Origin: Kondoa subrosea
Taxonomy: Eukaryota
Direction: 5' to 3'
Assembly: GCA_039545335.1 (NCBI GenBank)
Contig: BCIN01000003.1
Coordinates: forward strand, 2,427,060 to 2,491,059
Length of the DNA: 64,000 bases
Shown here: positions 14,980 through 28,300 of the stretch, piece by piece
Numbering within the stretch: the stretch's first letter is position 1
Layout of the letters: each line of letters begins with the position of its first letter
Position numbers and translations under genes: made by a program
The notes under the pieces: model-generated
Told to the model about the DNA's origin: nothing
What the model saw: the letters and a program-made list of their open reading frames with translations, nothing else
Databases searched by the model: none

Positions 14980-16614
14980 ATGCTTCCTTTTGCATTGATT
15001 GCAACCTTGTTGTTCAGTGTACTTGTTCGAGCTCATGTTAGTCGAGATCATCATCTTTGGTCACCTAAATTTTGATTTCGACCTATGTTGCAGATGGAAT
15101 TACAAGTGCCTGCACCCTTCCGCAGTCGTTTTCTGCCTTTGAATGACAACACAGACTATTCTATGACAAGCCCTCTGAATTCGACGGTTGGCAAAGACGG
15201 CCTATGCAGGGGGTATCTAGGCGACTTTAATAGCACTGAACCGACCGGAAAGCTTCGAGCTGGCTCACCGGTCAGTATTTGCATTTCGTCGGAGTTCTGA
15301 TCCGATGCTAATCTCCATCGATAGTTCACCTTCAACCTTACCAGCCCGACTGCCCAGCTGGGCGGTAGCTGTGAGATCTCCAGTCCGTCAACAGTAGTTT
15401 CACTTAGCATTTTCGGTCTAACGCTCGCCCAGTTTCCTACAATTTACATGACTTCGCTGTAATATACCGTATTGTTGGTGGTTGCGATTCGTCCTCGTCC
15501 TATACTTTCACTGTCCCAGAAGATATACCTGCTGCAAAAAAGGCCGTTCTATCTTGGAGTTGGGTTACGCTGGGAGAGTAAGTTTTCAATCGTTATACTA
15601 GATTTGGCCCTGATAGTTCTGCTATTAACAGAATGTATCAAAATTGCGCAGTGGTCTCCATCGCTGGATCTTCCAGTTCGTACACAGGTCCAGCAACATA
15701 TCTCGCAAAGTATGTCATTCAGAGTCATGCCGTCTCATGAACCCATCTTGCTAACATCCACAAATCCAGCATCTTTCCTGATGGCACCTGCACAACCGTA
15801 AACAGCACAGATTTGCAATATCCCAACGTCGGCTCCGTCGCCACGATTTATAGAGGAAATGTACTCAATGCAAACAGTACTGCTACCGTGCTGGACAATT
15901 GCCCGGTTGATGAATCTGCAATGATTGAAGTCCACGCAGGCGTGAAGCTTGCGCAACAGCAAGTGTTCATAAAACAATCTAAACTAGCTTTCAAGTCTCC
16001 AGCTCAAGCTGTACAACCTCCCTTTTATATTTCGCCATCAAGTCCCAGTAGTCCCAGTGGCAATTGCGTGGCGGGTGCAATTCGGTGCAAAAGCAGGACG
16101 ACTTGGGCTATGTGCGCAAACAACGTATACGTCGACATGGGAAACTGTGCGCTGGGAGTAAGCAATGTTCGCTCTACCATTGACAAGTCGCATACTGAAA
16201 GGTTCCGCCAGATGGCTTGTCAGAATGGACAGATGATTCTGGATAGTCAATACTCTACTTCCCCAGGTTCAGATGATGGAAGCTCGGATAAAAGCGGCCA
16301 GAGAGCTCCAGCTGTTACTGCGCCTAGAACATGCGTCAGCGGGACTTTTTTGTGCACTACAGCTAAAACCTGGTCAATGTGTTCTAACGAGTTGAGTTAA
16401 ATTCCTCTTATGTGCTCGCAGCCTAATTGACTTCAATACTGTCAGGGTCTGGATTGCTATGGGATCGACAGCTGCAGGAGTGAGTACTCCCCTTTGCTCG
16501 CCAGGACTCTACTAAAAGCATCGCCAGATGTCGTGCGTCGATGGAAACATGGTGGCAGACTCGACTTTAGGCCGATTGAAGCGCAGGCATCGCCCAAGAG
16601 ACAGATGGCACTGA
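14980..16614 (+). CDS. Secreted AA11-like lytic polysaccharide monooxygenase-fold protein with two C-terminal CBM19-like Cys modules
   Basis: Signal peptide MLPFALIATLLFSVLVRA, then His (15034), intron 15037-15093, MELQVPAPFRSRF...DYSMTSPL...CRGY; GGSCEISISY; WSWVTLGEMYQNCA; modules CVAGAIRCKSRTTWAMC...MACQNG and CVSGTFLCTTAKTWSMC...MSCVDG. Confidence 0.82.
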
Positions 16615-16781
16615 TCAGAAGGAAGATGTTTCGCTTTCAGGCATTTGGGTAGACTGGTTTAGAATTAGAAATATCGGGGTTGTACATAGTTGCAAAGTAT
16701 CATTAGAGTCATTATGCAGCAATATTAATACAACATGTCAGGTCCAACGTATCAATTACATTCGATCCGACAGTACGCAGT

Positions 16782-18449
16782 TCACCATTCATTCCAGGAA
16801 TCTGGCTCGTCCTTTTGCGGAGCGGGTGGCAAAGAAGTTCTTTTAGCTCTAGCTTTGATGATGCGTTCATGCGCTGAGCTTGGCTTTGAGGGAGCTAGAA
16901 CAGGTGAAGCGAAGGTATTGTGGGCTTCTGTTTCTTCGGACCAATCCCAGGATGGAGATTGAGTGGCTGGTGTTCTAGGCGATCCAACTTTGTTGGTCGT
17001 CGGGCTCGGAAGTATAATTGCTTCACTTATTGTGCGTTCTATGTTGTCGAAGGCGGACATTGCGGCTTTCTTGGAATTCTGAACACTACTCACCGGGTCA
17101 GACGCTATCACTACCATCGAGATAGAAACATACGTTTCGCTTGCTAAAGCTTTCTCTAAAGAAGCGCCCCAACCGCCTAGCATATCAAATGTACTGCTTC
17201 TTCGACCTTTCTTTAGCTCTGATTTCTTACGGTCTTCTTCCACTTGATGTAAACGCGATTGTACCCATTCAGAATCGTGCTCTTCCGCTTCAGGTAAGAA
17301 CGATGATGCCATAGGTGTAGCATCATTGTTCCAGCTTGCTACCGATGATTCGCTTATACGGGATTCCATTCCACTTGATGTGAGTGGAGAGTCTCCGGTA
17401 AGACTAGTAGCAGAAGTAGATGCTGTGCTTGCGTTGCTGGTCCGCTTTGTACTGGCAGAATGATCGCTCTCCGCATCCTCCTCAACCTCTTGCAGAGTAC
17501 CAAGATTATCTGTTTTCTCGCTTGATGGTGTTTGAGGTGCAGCTGTACTCGCCATGCCTTCAATCATTTCAGATAAACCAGTGCTGACAGATTTGATACC
17601 GCCAAGCCATCGCTTCGCAAGATCAGCAGCAGGCGCTTGCAAATCCGTGGGTAAAGAAGATATGGGAGAAGAGCTGGCAATTGAATGCCTCGAAGGATGT
17701 ATAGTGCGGTTTCTTTCCTTGGTCAAAGCGTTCCGACCAGCGGCAGGTTGCTGTTCTCGACCAATAATGAGTTCCCATTTTCGCTTGAGTATCGCTAGCT
17801 CGTCTTCGTGACGTTTCAGTTCTGATTAAACAATGAATCTTTTGGATCTCGTGCGGCCCCGTATACAATAGAACGAACCTTCGCGTAAATCAAGGCATTT
17901 TCTCTCCTTTTTAGCTATGAAGCTAAGCAGATCCCCGTGGAGCTCGACGAGACTTGCAGCACTTCTCGCTGAAGGTAAAGATCGCTTCATGTTATTCTGT
18001 CTCAAAGACATCCAAGTTGGACTGTTGCTAGGTGGTTTCTCTTCCTGAGCTTCATCTGATGGTTTCATAGCTACTTCTTGAGGTACTTCAGCTTCTGGTG
18101 AGGGTCGCTGTGAGGTTATAGAATCCCCAGACCGGTATAGTATAGAACTTTGCCTGCGCGACTGCGTTGGTGTATATGGGTTTGGCGATGGTTCTGCGCT
18201 GTGCGAACGCCAATGTCCTCCTGGATCTTGCGCAGAGGCTGACTCTGGAGTCTGAGGCCGTTCTTGCATTCGTTTGTTCAAGCTGCTTTTACGGCCAAGA
18301 CTGCTCAGACGAAGCTCTCGTCGAGCACTGGAACTTGGGCTATCCTTGTCAGAGTTCGCCATTGCGCGTGGAAGAGGTGAAGGAGAGTCCAGAGAAGAGA
18401 GAAGACTGCCAGCATCTTGGGGTGTTTGAGGGCGCGTGCTGTCAAACAT
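16782..18449 (-). CDS. Ser-rich coiled-coil protein, DUF4048-like
   Basis: Coiled-coil LLSFIAKKERKCLDLREELKRHEDELAILKRKWELII assembled across an intron at about 17825-17878. Ends DSWNEW*. Confidence 0.6.
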
Positions 18450-18723
18450 GTCCTTGACCTATAAGCAAGGCTTTGCTTGTATATGGAAAGAGGGTATAGG
18501 TCTTGCTCAGCAAGAGGCTCCTTTGGTATTGATATGACTTTGTCTTGTGGTTGTGAAGAGAAAGAGTGGAATCGTTCGAAACGCGAAACAAAGGCTTTAG
18601 CAGGCGATGTACGAGGAGTTTAGTTACAGGGTGATATAGCTCCTGTTTGACGATATTGTACATTGCTGACTGATATTACAAAGGATACCTCAAGATTCAA
18701 GCCCGCATCAGACTCTCGAAAAA

Positions 18724-21700
18724 TCACCGTGCAGTTGCACCGGAAGCCACTACAGGAGTCCTTCCTGAAGGTCCATAGCTACTATTCCCTCCGTACGTAC
18801 TACAAGAAGCAGTCAGGAAATGATTTCATGTATATAGATAGACGAGAAAAGCTCACTTTGGTGTTCTGCCTTGCGAGATTTGAGGGGTTCTTCCACCGTA
18901 AGCGCTAGTGTAACCTCCAGGCGTCCGTCCGCCTATTTGGTTTTGAGGGATTGGGCCAGTAGACATGTTGGATATTCGGATCTATAGCGTAATACGAGAC
19001 ATTATTCAAGTGATATAATGTAGAAGGAAGGAAACCCACTTTGAAGGCATTACATAGCTCAGGCATCCCAGGCAGATCTGTGCCGAAGAGCTGGAAGCCG
19101 ATCGGCACGATTTTGACGGGCTATATTGCCATCAGTCAACGGTTGTTGCGTAAAGGCAATACGAAAGACAAACCCAAGATCTGGTAATCAGAGTACCTTT
19201 TAGTCATCCTGTAGAAATTAAAGCTATAGCACTGACCTCGGTTGCATGCCCTTCTGCGGAATGAAAGATAAGCTGAATTGACCTGGACTTTTGCGATCTA
19301 TCGCAAAGGCGTAAATGGACCGCTCAGGATGAGCCTAGGCATGGTAATGGTATATCAGCTTCACGTCTGCATTCGATAGAATCAATAGTGCGTACCATTT
19401 GATAATTTCGCATGAAAGCAACTACGACACGGTTTCAGCTTTCTGAATTGTAGGAGATGTTGAGATACACACCTGTGTCTTCTTCAGATCCTTTATATTT
19501 GTCGTGTGCTAGCATCTGCTCCACAAATCGCGCCATCGATCGCACGTGCGAGTTGATCAAATCATCCAGATCAGTGTAAGTGTATTTGCCAATACGAAGC
19601 TGTCGACCAATTGCGAAATCATTTGGCTTGTCGAGTTCAAGGACATCTAGTATCGACTTAGTATATGATACTGTCAAGGGAGAGCTTTAGCGCGAAGACC
19701 CACCCAAATGCTGATAAATTCCGTCTGCGACTTTCCATGTACATGCTAAGTGATCTGGACCTCTTGAAGAAGGTCGTATTACACATTCTCCACGATGCTG
19801 TCCAAACAAGTAATGCTCTGCTTGTCCAGCACTGAAGTTGTGGAAATTAGGATGCTGAATTAATCTTCTCGGTCGACCGGAAGCTTTCTTCTTTTTCGCA
19901 TCAGCAGCATCTCGATCAATAGCAGCCTGAGTTGCATCGAAGTATGGATCGGGCGTGAGCAATTTGCTTCGTTGCGCCCGCTCGTCATCAGCCTTCTTGA
20001 TTTGGTTGGGTCGGCAATCCAATTCGACTTCAAAGGTATCGTACTTGAGAGCAATGACAAGAGCTCGGATGACATGGTTCGGTAGGAAATTGGGATGTGC
20101 TTGCGGATCATCTTTGAAGTAACCGTCCTTGATAAAGCCGCGAACGCCGGAATCCAGACGAACTCGTAGAGCAACTGCTCCGTCCCGAGCATTAGGGAAG
20201 AAACGCTCGACTCGGACAGGAACGACGAGACCATGTTCCAGAGTCTGCGTTGTCTCGCCTGTAAGCATGAAGAAGACTTCAATATCGGACAGTCTTTTAA
20301 ATTCGGGACGGTTCTCGCCGAAAGGCCGCTGCAACTCTTCTCGGATCAGATAGAGCGTTAGACGTTTCGGTAGACCCATAAGCTTGGTCAATTCCACAGC
20401 GAAATCGTCCAACCGAAGTTCCAACAGCTTCTGAGGATCTGCTTTCATAAGTTGAGTGACGATCTCGGAAGGATGCGAAAGAGCTGCAATATCTTCTTCG
20501 TCCATTTCTTCAGCATCTGCAGCCATTTTCCGGGCGATTTCGTAATCTTCACCATGGATACGGGTGCTATCGAGAATATCCGGAGGTTCATCGCCCCTTT
20601 CTCTTCGGGCATTCTTCACATAGTCTTGGGAAATACGCAAGAAAGCAGAAGCATTCATAAAGATGTGGTTCTGCAATATTTGGCGAGAGATGAGATCAGA
20701 ACGAACAACCAAAGTACCGCCCTGTTCTAAGATCAACGACTGTTCATATCGATAATATGTGAGCTTACAGCGGTCCTGATGTTCTGTAGAAGTTGCTGAG
20801 CCTTTCTCGGACCCAAACCAGCGACAAAGGGTAGCATTTTCGCATAGTAAGGATTGCGAACAGCTCTGTTGATATCCACGCCGATGTAGTTGATGACATT
20901 GACCAAAGCTCGTTCCAAGTACGGCCGCAACTTCTCGACGTGGAGCTGTAGAGAATCTATTTAGCGTATGAAGGAGAACATTGAACACAAACGTACATAG
21001 CGCTGATTACTGTCGTAGGTCAACGAAGCTACATCGTTGCCCAGAGCCGCGTATTCATTGACCGGACTTTGGACGAAGCGAGCAATTCCAACGCAATACC
21101 TTGCTACGACTGAGAGGTCCGGCAACTCATCTGCAGCACGCTTTGAGTGCTGATATAGTCTTGCTGCAGCGTCGTTTGTGAATAAGACTGGCGGCTTATG
21201 AGAATTATCACGTTCTGTTGCGTATTCTTGGTCAGGAAGCAATTCCATCAGCTCCGAATGTTCTGATCGTAGAGATAGAATGTCTTGATAAAGCTCAAAT
21301 GTTCGAGCGCTTGTACCGCCAACAACAACAGCATCAGGTTTAGCTTTCTTAAGGAAATCTGCCAAATGAGCCCGACATTGATCCGTCTTTTCGTTTTTGC
21401 TGTATTGCGAAGGGCGTATCGAATCCAGTTTGAGGTGTTCACGGAATCGGCCTTCTTGATCCAGCCATACTACGTAGGTTGAATCCCGTAGTGGATCGCC
21501 GGCGCCGTTCGAAATAGCAACAACGTTAGGGGTGTCACCACGGTTGTTTCTAGCGCCTTGGAAAGGTGCGGTCTCAATACGTTCTTCTAGTCTTGTACCG
21601 CACCGTTGCCCGACGTAATCTTCAGCTTCTTCTTGCAAACGATCGCGCATCCATCGTGCCGCACCAGGAAGAAAATGACCGGTCAAAGCGGTATCCAATA

Positions 21701-24274
21701 TCTCTTGTCTGAACTCGTTCCATTCTCTAGCTGCGTCGGAAGTGAGATCAGATAAGTAGATTTGCGAGAGTTGATCTGAAATGATTCGATAATCGGCGGT
21801 CGACAAATGAATCTTGATTTCGATGAGGCCGTCAGCTTCAGCCGCGAGCATAAGGATGAAGTTGACTGTGTTTGTAAAAGTGGATACTGGCTTTTCTGTA
21901 AGGTATTTGAAATGCTACGATCCAAGACATGAGCTGAATTAACCACCGAAAGACATTATTAACTGACATAGAAAGCATGTAGTTCATCAATCTTGAGGAT
22001 ACCCTTCTCAGTAGGCTTGACAGTGACAACTCCCTTTTCTCGGAAAACTCGTCTGAACTCCATCTTCAAATAAGGATCTTTCGAGATTTCGGTAACGAGC
22101 ATCATCTTGGCAGCTGTAATTGACCCTACATCGGTATATGATTGTTCTCGCACACAGGGGCAGCTCACCTGCTAGAGCAACCTCCGGAGTCGGAAATTCG
22201 GTTCCCTCTTGAGCGAACTCTGCTGCATACTCAGCAGGAGAGGTGTACGGATCATCGATCGTTGACGCCAGTGTACGACGAACGTAGGCAACGGCTAAAG
22301 CTGAAGCAGGTATAGCAATATTCTGTGCGCAGATGTGCGTCAACCATCATAACATACCTCTGGACAGAGAAAAGAGCTCACACTTGCAAGTTTGCTGATA
22401 ATAGTCTTCTTTGCTCTGTCATATCTGGTTTCTCTAGATGACTGCTTAGGCTTATCTGATTTTGGAGCAGCTTTGTTTTTCTGAGCAGGAACTTTTTCCT
22501 CTCCATTCTCATCTAGAGTCATTGGATCTTCTGGTTCTGGTTCTTGCATTTCGAAATCTTTCAATCTTTCAGCATCTTCCTTTCTTTGCCTGATTCTGGC
22601 ACCATAGTGAAGATTAACCCAATCGCTTACATCAGCAACTTCTTCCACCGAATTTGCTCTCTCCAACAATTCAGAAAAGTAACTACTACCATCATCTTCA
22701 TCTGGGTCCAACTCCAATCTTTGCCATTTTGCTAGAAGAGCAGTTTTCCGATCTACCAAAGCTCGATATTTGAAAGACAGTTGTTGGACTTTCCATAAAT
22801 GAGGTCGATCGAGTAAATGATCCGGTGCTGAAGTAGTACCAACGAAAACTAGATAATCTCTTCGATGCATCCAAATAAAAGGGACTTCCAAAAACTCTAG
22901 ATGCATTTCTTTCAGAACTTGCAAAAGTGCAGCTAAGAATGGTTCTCTTGCTTGTGGATATTGTCCAGTCATTATATCGGGTGTCAAAAAGTCCGAAGTA
23001 AGTTTGGGATCAATGCGTGAAGCCATCCAATCTCGAGCTCCGATCAATTCTTCTTCTGTAATAAGTGGTACAGTCAAGCCATGACCTGCTTCTTTGTTTG
23101 GTAGTTCGTTGGCTAAGATTTGTATACGTTCTGGTGAATCAATTTGTCGAATAGCGTCATCTGCATCGGTCAACATGCGTTCGGCGATTTGAGAAGGTTC
23201 GAAGATCTGCGAGCATGATCAGCAACCGATAATCCCAGATTGCAAGATAAAACGGCATACATCTCGTAAGGTGGTAGACTTTGCTACGACATCGTCAACA
23301 GCATCTTCCAAAGCCCAAGCATAATCATCTCCATTGCCAAAGATTTCCGAGATTTCTTCCCAGGCTTCAGCAGAAACTCCAGGTAAGGCTCCTCTTCCCC
23401 CAACAAGAGCAGCAGCGGTCTTTCCACCAATATTAGCTTTCCTTCTATTGGTTTTGGCAGCAGCGGCAGGTCTGTTTCTTCTTGCAGCAGGTCTACCGTC
23501 ATCATCTTCTTCATCTTCGAGCGGATCCAATTCGATGAAATCGTCCATGTTGTCATCATAACCATAACCTTCCTCATCTTCATCATCACCAAAGATATCC
23601 AAATCGTCTCTCCTCGAACTTCTAGCACCACCAAGAGGAGCGTCAACATCATCTTCTCTATCCAGATCATCAGAAGCAGGTGAATCGTCCCTTATTCTTC
23701 TTAAACGTTTTAAACCAGTTCCACCTTCTTCAGCAGGTCTATTTGGTCGATCGAACTTTTGACCTGTGTTTTGTTCCAAAAGATCTAAATCATCATCATC
23801 TAGAGCTCCTAGTTCTTCTTCGCCAGTTCCTATCACACAATATCCAGCGAGTTAGGAAGGGATCTGTGTAATGAAGATTGAAGCGAGGGGAAACAAACGA
23901 GGTTTACGTTTCTTCTTCTTTTTCTTTGATTTCCTAGTAGCTTGATCATCATCTTCAATGAAACCTATGCACACACAACACATAGACCGTGATTAGCTAC
24001 AATATTGTTGAAATAAGATAGAGAGAAAGAAAGACCTGCCTTCGCGGACTTGACGTTCAGCTTCACTATCATCAGATTCTTCCTGACTCGAGTCTATACA
24101 CAGAGCAACACTAAGCAGGGTTGTGATATAATGAGAAAGTAAAGACAAACCATGATCTGCTCCAGGTCTCAAATCATCCCCTTCACCTTCAGAATCGTCT
24201 CCTGCTTGTTGCTCGGGTTGCTGAGCACGAGGAGGTTGCTCATCCAAGTCCATAGGGTTGATTGTCCCATCCAT
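18724..24274 (-). CDS. SPT6: Transcription elongation factor Spt6, multi-exon
   Basis: Acidic N-terminus (LDDDDLDLLEQNTG, EIFGNGDDYAWAL), MLTDADDAIRQIDSPERIQ, YqgF/HhH region (GVDINRAV, AGLGPRKA, LDSTRIHGEDYEIARKMAADA), S1 domain and SH2 region (IQHPNFHNF, IRPSSRGPDHLACTWKV). Confidence 0.96.
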
Positions 24275-24606
24275 CTTAAAACCAAAGAAGGAGGTATTCG
24301 CGGTATCAAGACGAGAAGGGCGGAAATCTCAAAATGCAAGGGAAAGTCAATATGCACTGTTTCCGAACTTGTGGCTGCTGGAGATTGATGGGATCTATTG
24401 TACAATAACTAGCCTTCATTTTATGCTATAGTACAAGTACAATTCTTTCTACGCTTCTCATGCTGCCGAAACAATGTCTGTCCGTATGAATGATTAGTCA
24501 GTAAAGTCTTCAAATGATGTAGAGTAGCCTTACTTACGTGCTCATACGAAGAAACAGCCAGCTGCTAACCCGTTATGCTTGTAGCACCTTTTGCTCGATC
24601 AATTCG

Positions 24607-25194
24607 TTACTCCGGCGCAGCTCTCAGTATCACTTCTCCACCCAATTGTGCACCAATAGCCTGTTTCGCATCCAAAAACACTTCTTTCCCTTGAATCTTA
24701 CTCTTGATCACTGCAATTTCCCCAAGTCCTAAAGGTTTCACAAATTGAGCTCTTCTGCCGGTCGCCAGTCTTATTAATTCTGGATGTGAAACTACGAGTC
24801 TTTTACTCGGTTTGCTGACTAATTGAATATCGCCTGTCATAAAGAATGCCATTAGGATTAGTATAAAACGCAAAAGTCGAAAGCTGGCTTACCTAGAACA
24901 GGTCGATTATCTCTATATTTCATCTCTGCCCATATCCTCTGATTCGTAACTGAAGCTTCTTTAAAAGCAGCTGGATCAGCAACTTGTTCCGTTGTGCCAA
25001 AAGATAAAGAAGTTAGGAAACCATGTTGAAGCAAGATGGAAAGGATCGCTCGGTTTTGATTAGTGTTGATAAGTCCTATGTGCTTTAATCTTGCTCGTGC
25101 TCCATTCCGTAGCTATTCCAACGTGAAATGTAAGCATCTCAGGTCACTTTGCGAGATTCCGACAAACCTGAGTACATAGATTGGCTGGTAGCAT
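24607..25194 (-). CDS. MRPS8: Mitochondrial ribosomal protein uS8m
   Basis: Spliced MLPANLCTQ|LRNGARARL...LLQHGFL...RIWAEMKYRDNRPVL|GDIQLVSKPSKRL...LGGEVILRA. Confidence 0.88.
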
Positions 25195-25373
25195 TCACAG
25201 GGTGGATAGAAGGCGAGAGAGATTGGATTGCGTCTAAAGCTACACCGGTAAATCACACTTGGCAGATTCAAGATGAGCCTTTGCATTTTTTTGCATTTGC
25301 TTTCTTCCGCATCCAGCCAAGTGATCTGGCCTGAATACCCTACTGCAAAGCATCTAGATACCTCAGGCACAAC

Positions 25374-28300
25374 ATGGAGGACGAGTTAGCAAAAGTCCGC
25401 TTGCATATCAATGCAGCGACAGCCAACCAAAAACGACCTGCTCTGCTTCTTCAAGCGATTGATGCTACATTGGAAGAGCAGGCATGCGTCAAATCACCTA
25501 CTGCTTACTTTGCTTCTCTTCTCACTACATTACAATCACTGGCTACAAGGACTGAGCATGCAGAACTGATGGCAGCAGATCTATATTTGCTAGCTATCGT
25601 TATGCCCTTCGTACCAGACAACGTTCTACTCGCAAAACAAGATTCAGTCTTAACGAGCTTATCTTCGACTTTGATGTTCACTTTGAAAACTCCAACAGAA
25701 TCTGCTGCACCTACTTTGAAATCCATCCTTACTTTATCCATCAAGCTCTATTCAGTCTTACCTTCTCAATTACTGCTCAAATTAGAATACAGTCAATTCT
25801 TCAATACAATCCTTTCTCTTCTTATGGATGCAAGACCAAAAGTGAAAAGGAAAGCTCAAGATGCAGTTTTGGCTATCGCTTTTGCTTCGCCTACACATCC
25901 TTATGCTGAAAGATCTGCTTCGTGGGTTATATCTACTCTTGCAACGGGTGCAAAAGAAGTTAGGCAAGGTGGATCGAAAGGGGGAGCAAATTCAGAAGAG
26001 TTGACAAGTCGATTGATTGGTTTGGCTGCTTTTGTCAAGGAAGCATCAGATAAATGGCCTAAAACTGTAAGTATCTCTTTTTTTCTTTTCTTGATGAATA
26101 ATAGCTAATTCTTTCCCTGCTAGTCTGTCCCTAATCTCATCAACATCCTTCTCACGCTACCTCGATTGTCGAACCAATTCTTAACTCGATCAACCTACGA
26201 TATTCTTGAATCCGTCTTCTCTTCTTCGCCCGATTCTTCCAACCTACCACCAATACAAAGCACTTTACAAGAACTTCTTGCTCTTCGTCCAGCAACCAAT
26301 TCCGTCTTGACTCTACCTAATTGGTTAGGTGCTTTAGAACAAGCTTTCGTAACTTTGGCAAGACAAGATTCCTCTCTTTGTAACGAAATCCTGTTTTCCA
26401 ATTTCAAAGGCGTTTTAATGGATTTCTGTTGTTCGGAAATGAAGAATGAAGAAATCCGATCTAAAGCTGAAAGTTGTTGTAAAGGAATGATTAGATGGTG
26501 TCTTGATCTTTCGCCTGAACAAATTCAATCAGCTTTAGATGGTTCAGATTGTCCATTGAAAGGAATCGTGGATTTGTTGGAAATGGTTTATGATGATTTG
26601 AGATTCAAAGGAAGTGGAATGTTGCATGTACTCAATATCACCGCTTCTTTGGTCACTGCTCTCAAGATCCGTCCTACCCTTCCCTCGTCTTCCACTACTT
26701 CTTCTACAGCTTTCAAAGATTCAAGAAATCCCCCTTTGGCTACTTACCTCTTATCAAACCATATCAAGAAATGCGGTGATTTAAGAAGTAATACAACTTT
26801 TGAATACAAAGCTGCTGCAGAAACAGTATTGGGAAACGCTATTGAAATTTGTGGTCCAGTTTGGATATTGGATCTTTTACCTCTCAATCTCCTAGCCGAG
26901 GAAGAAAGTACAACGACATTTGTTGTTCAAGGAAGAGCTTGGTTGTTACCTCTTCTTCGAACGAAAATAACCAATACTACCTTGAAACATTTCATTCAAT
27001 ATTTCGTTCCGCTTAGTGAAGAATTGTTCAACAAAAAAGCGGAAGCTCAAGCAAAAGGAAAATCAAGCGAGGTGGAAGCTAAAGTCTTTGAAGCGCTTGT
27101 GGAACAAGTCTGGGCTTTGTTGCCTGGTTATTGTGATCTGCCAGTAGATCTAGTCGAGGTAAGCAGAATGGGACCCTTCTGGTGTGGTCGGTCTATGTTG
27201 ACATTCTATCACAGGCCTTCACAAAAACTTTCGCTGAACTCTTGTGTCAAGTCTTATACTCTCAACCAGCTCTTCGACCCATTGTCTTTAGATCACTACA
27301 AGTTCTAGTGCAAAAGAACCTGGTTGTCTCAAAATCTACAGCGCCTGCTGAAAGTCTAAAAACTAGCTTTGGCATTGACCAAGCTATAGCGCAAGCCAAC
27401 TTGACTCATCTTTCGACTTTGGCTCCTAATCTTTTGGCCGTCATGTTTAATGTATTCAACAAGTCAAGCAGAGAAGCGGGACATATGGTCCTTGAGTGTA
27501 TCGCTACTTATGTCTCAATCATGGGACCAAAGGTCCGTATTCACTTCATGTAATATCGTTGAGCTAAACCCAGTATTCATTGCAGGAAGTCTCTTCTACT
27601 TATCAGAACATTTCCAAACTCTTGCAAGACGCTCTAAAGAAACCGAAAGGTAAACAACCACCTCAACAACCTAATCAACCAGAAGCGATCGCATCACCAG
27701 CTCATGGCATGTTGGACTTACTCATCACCATCGCTCCCTACTTGGATGAACAGACCAGTCGTACTCTATATACTATGGCTAAATCGGACGAGATGCTCGG
27801 AAGGGATGATCCAACGATTCAGAAGAAGGTATACAAGCTTCTGGGTCAGCTGTGCGATTCAGCAGGCGGAAAGAAGGTGCTTGGTCAGAATGCCGAGAAG
27901 CTCTTGTTGCAACTGGCCAGTCCGCAGTATAAGGTGTTATCTGCGGCTAAAAAGGTTTGTCAAAGAAACGCTTTCTGAAAAGGAACTCTGCCTGATTGCT
28001 TGAGTAGGACCGAACGGAACTTTTGGGCAAATTGATCGTCATGCTTCCCTCAGATCGTCTTCATGTCCTACCTGCGATACTCTCTGAGGCAGTCCTTGCC
28101 ACCAAAGAGAACAACGAGAAAACTAGAGAAGCTGGTTATACCCTTGTCGTAGAAATGGGTCGCAAAATGGCTTCTGGTGGATCTATCAAACGCTCGTTGA
28201 TCCCTGGCATGGAAGACAGTATGGATGAGGATAGTAAGTCTAGTCTGGGACCTTCAATATTTCATATGCTAATATTCAGAAACAGCCCCAGCATCCGTCA

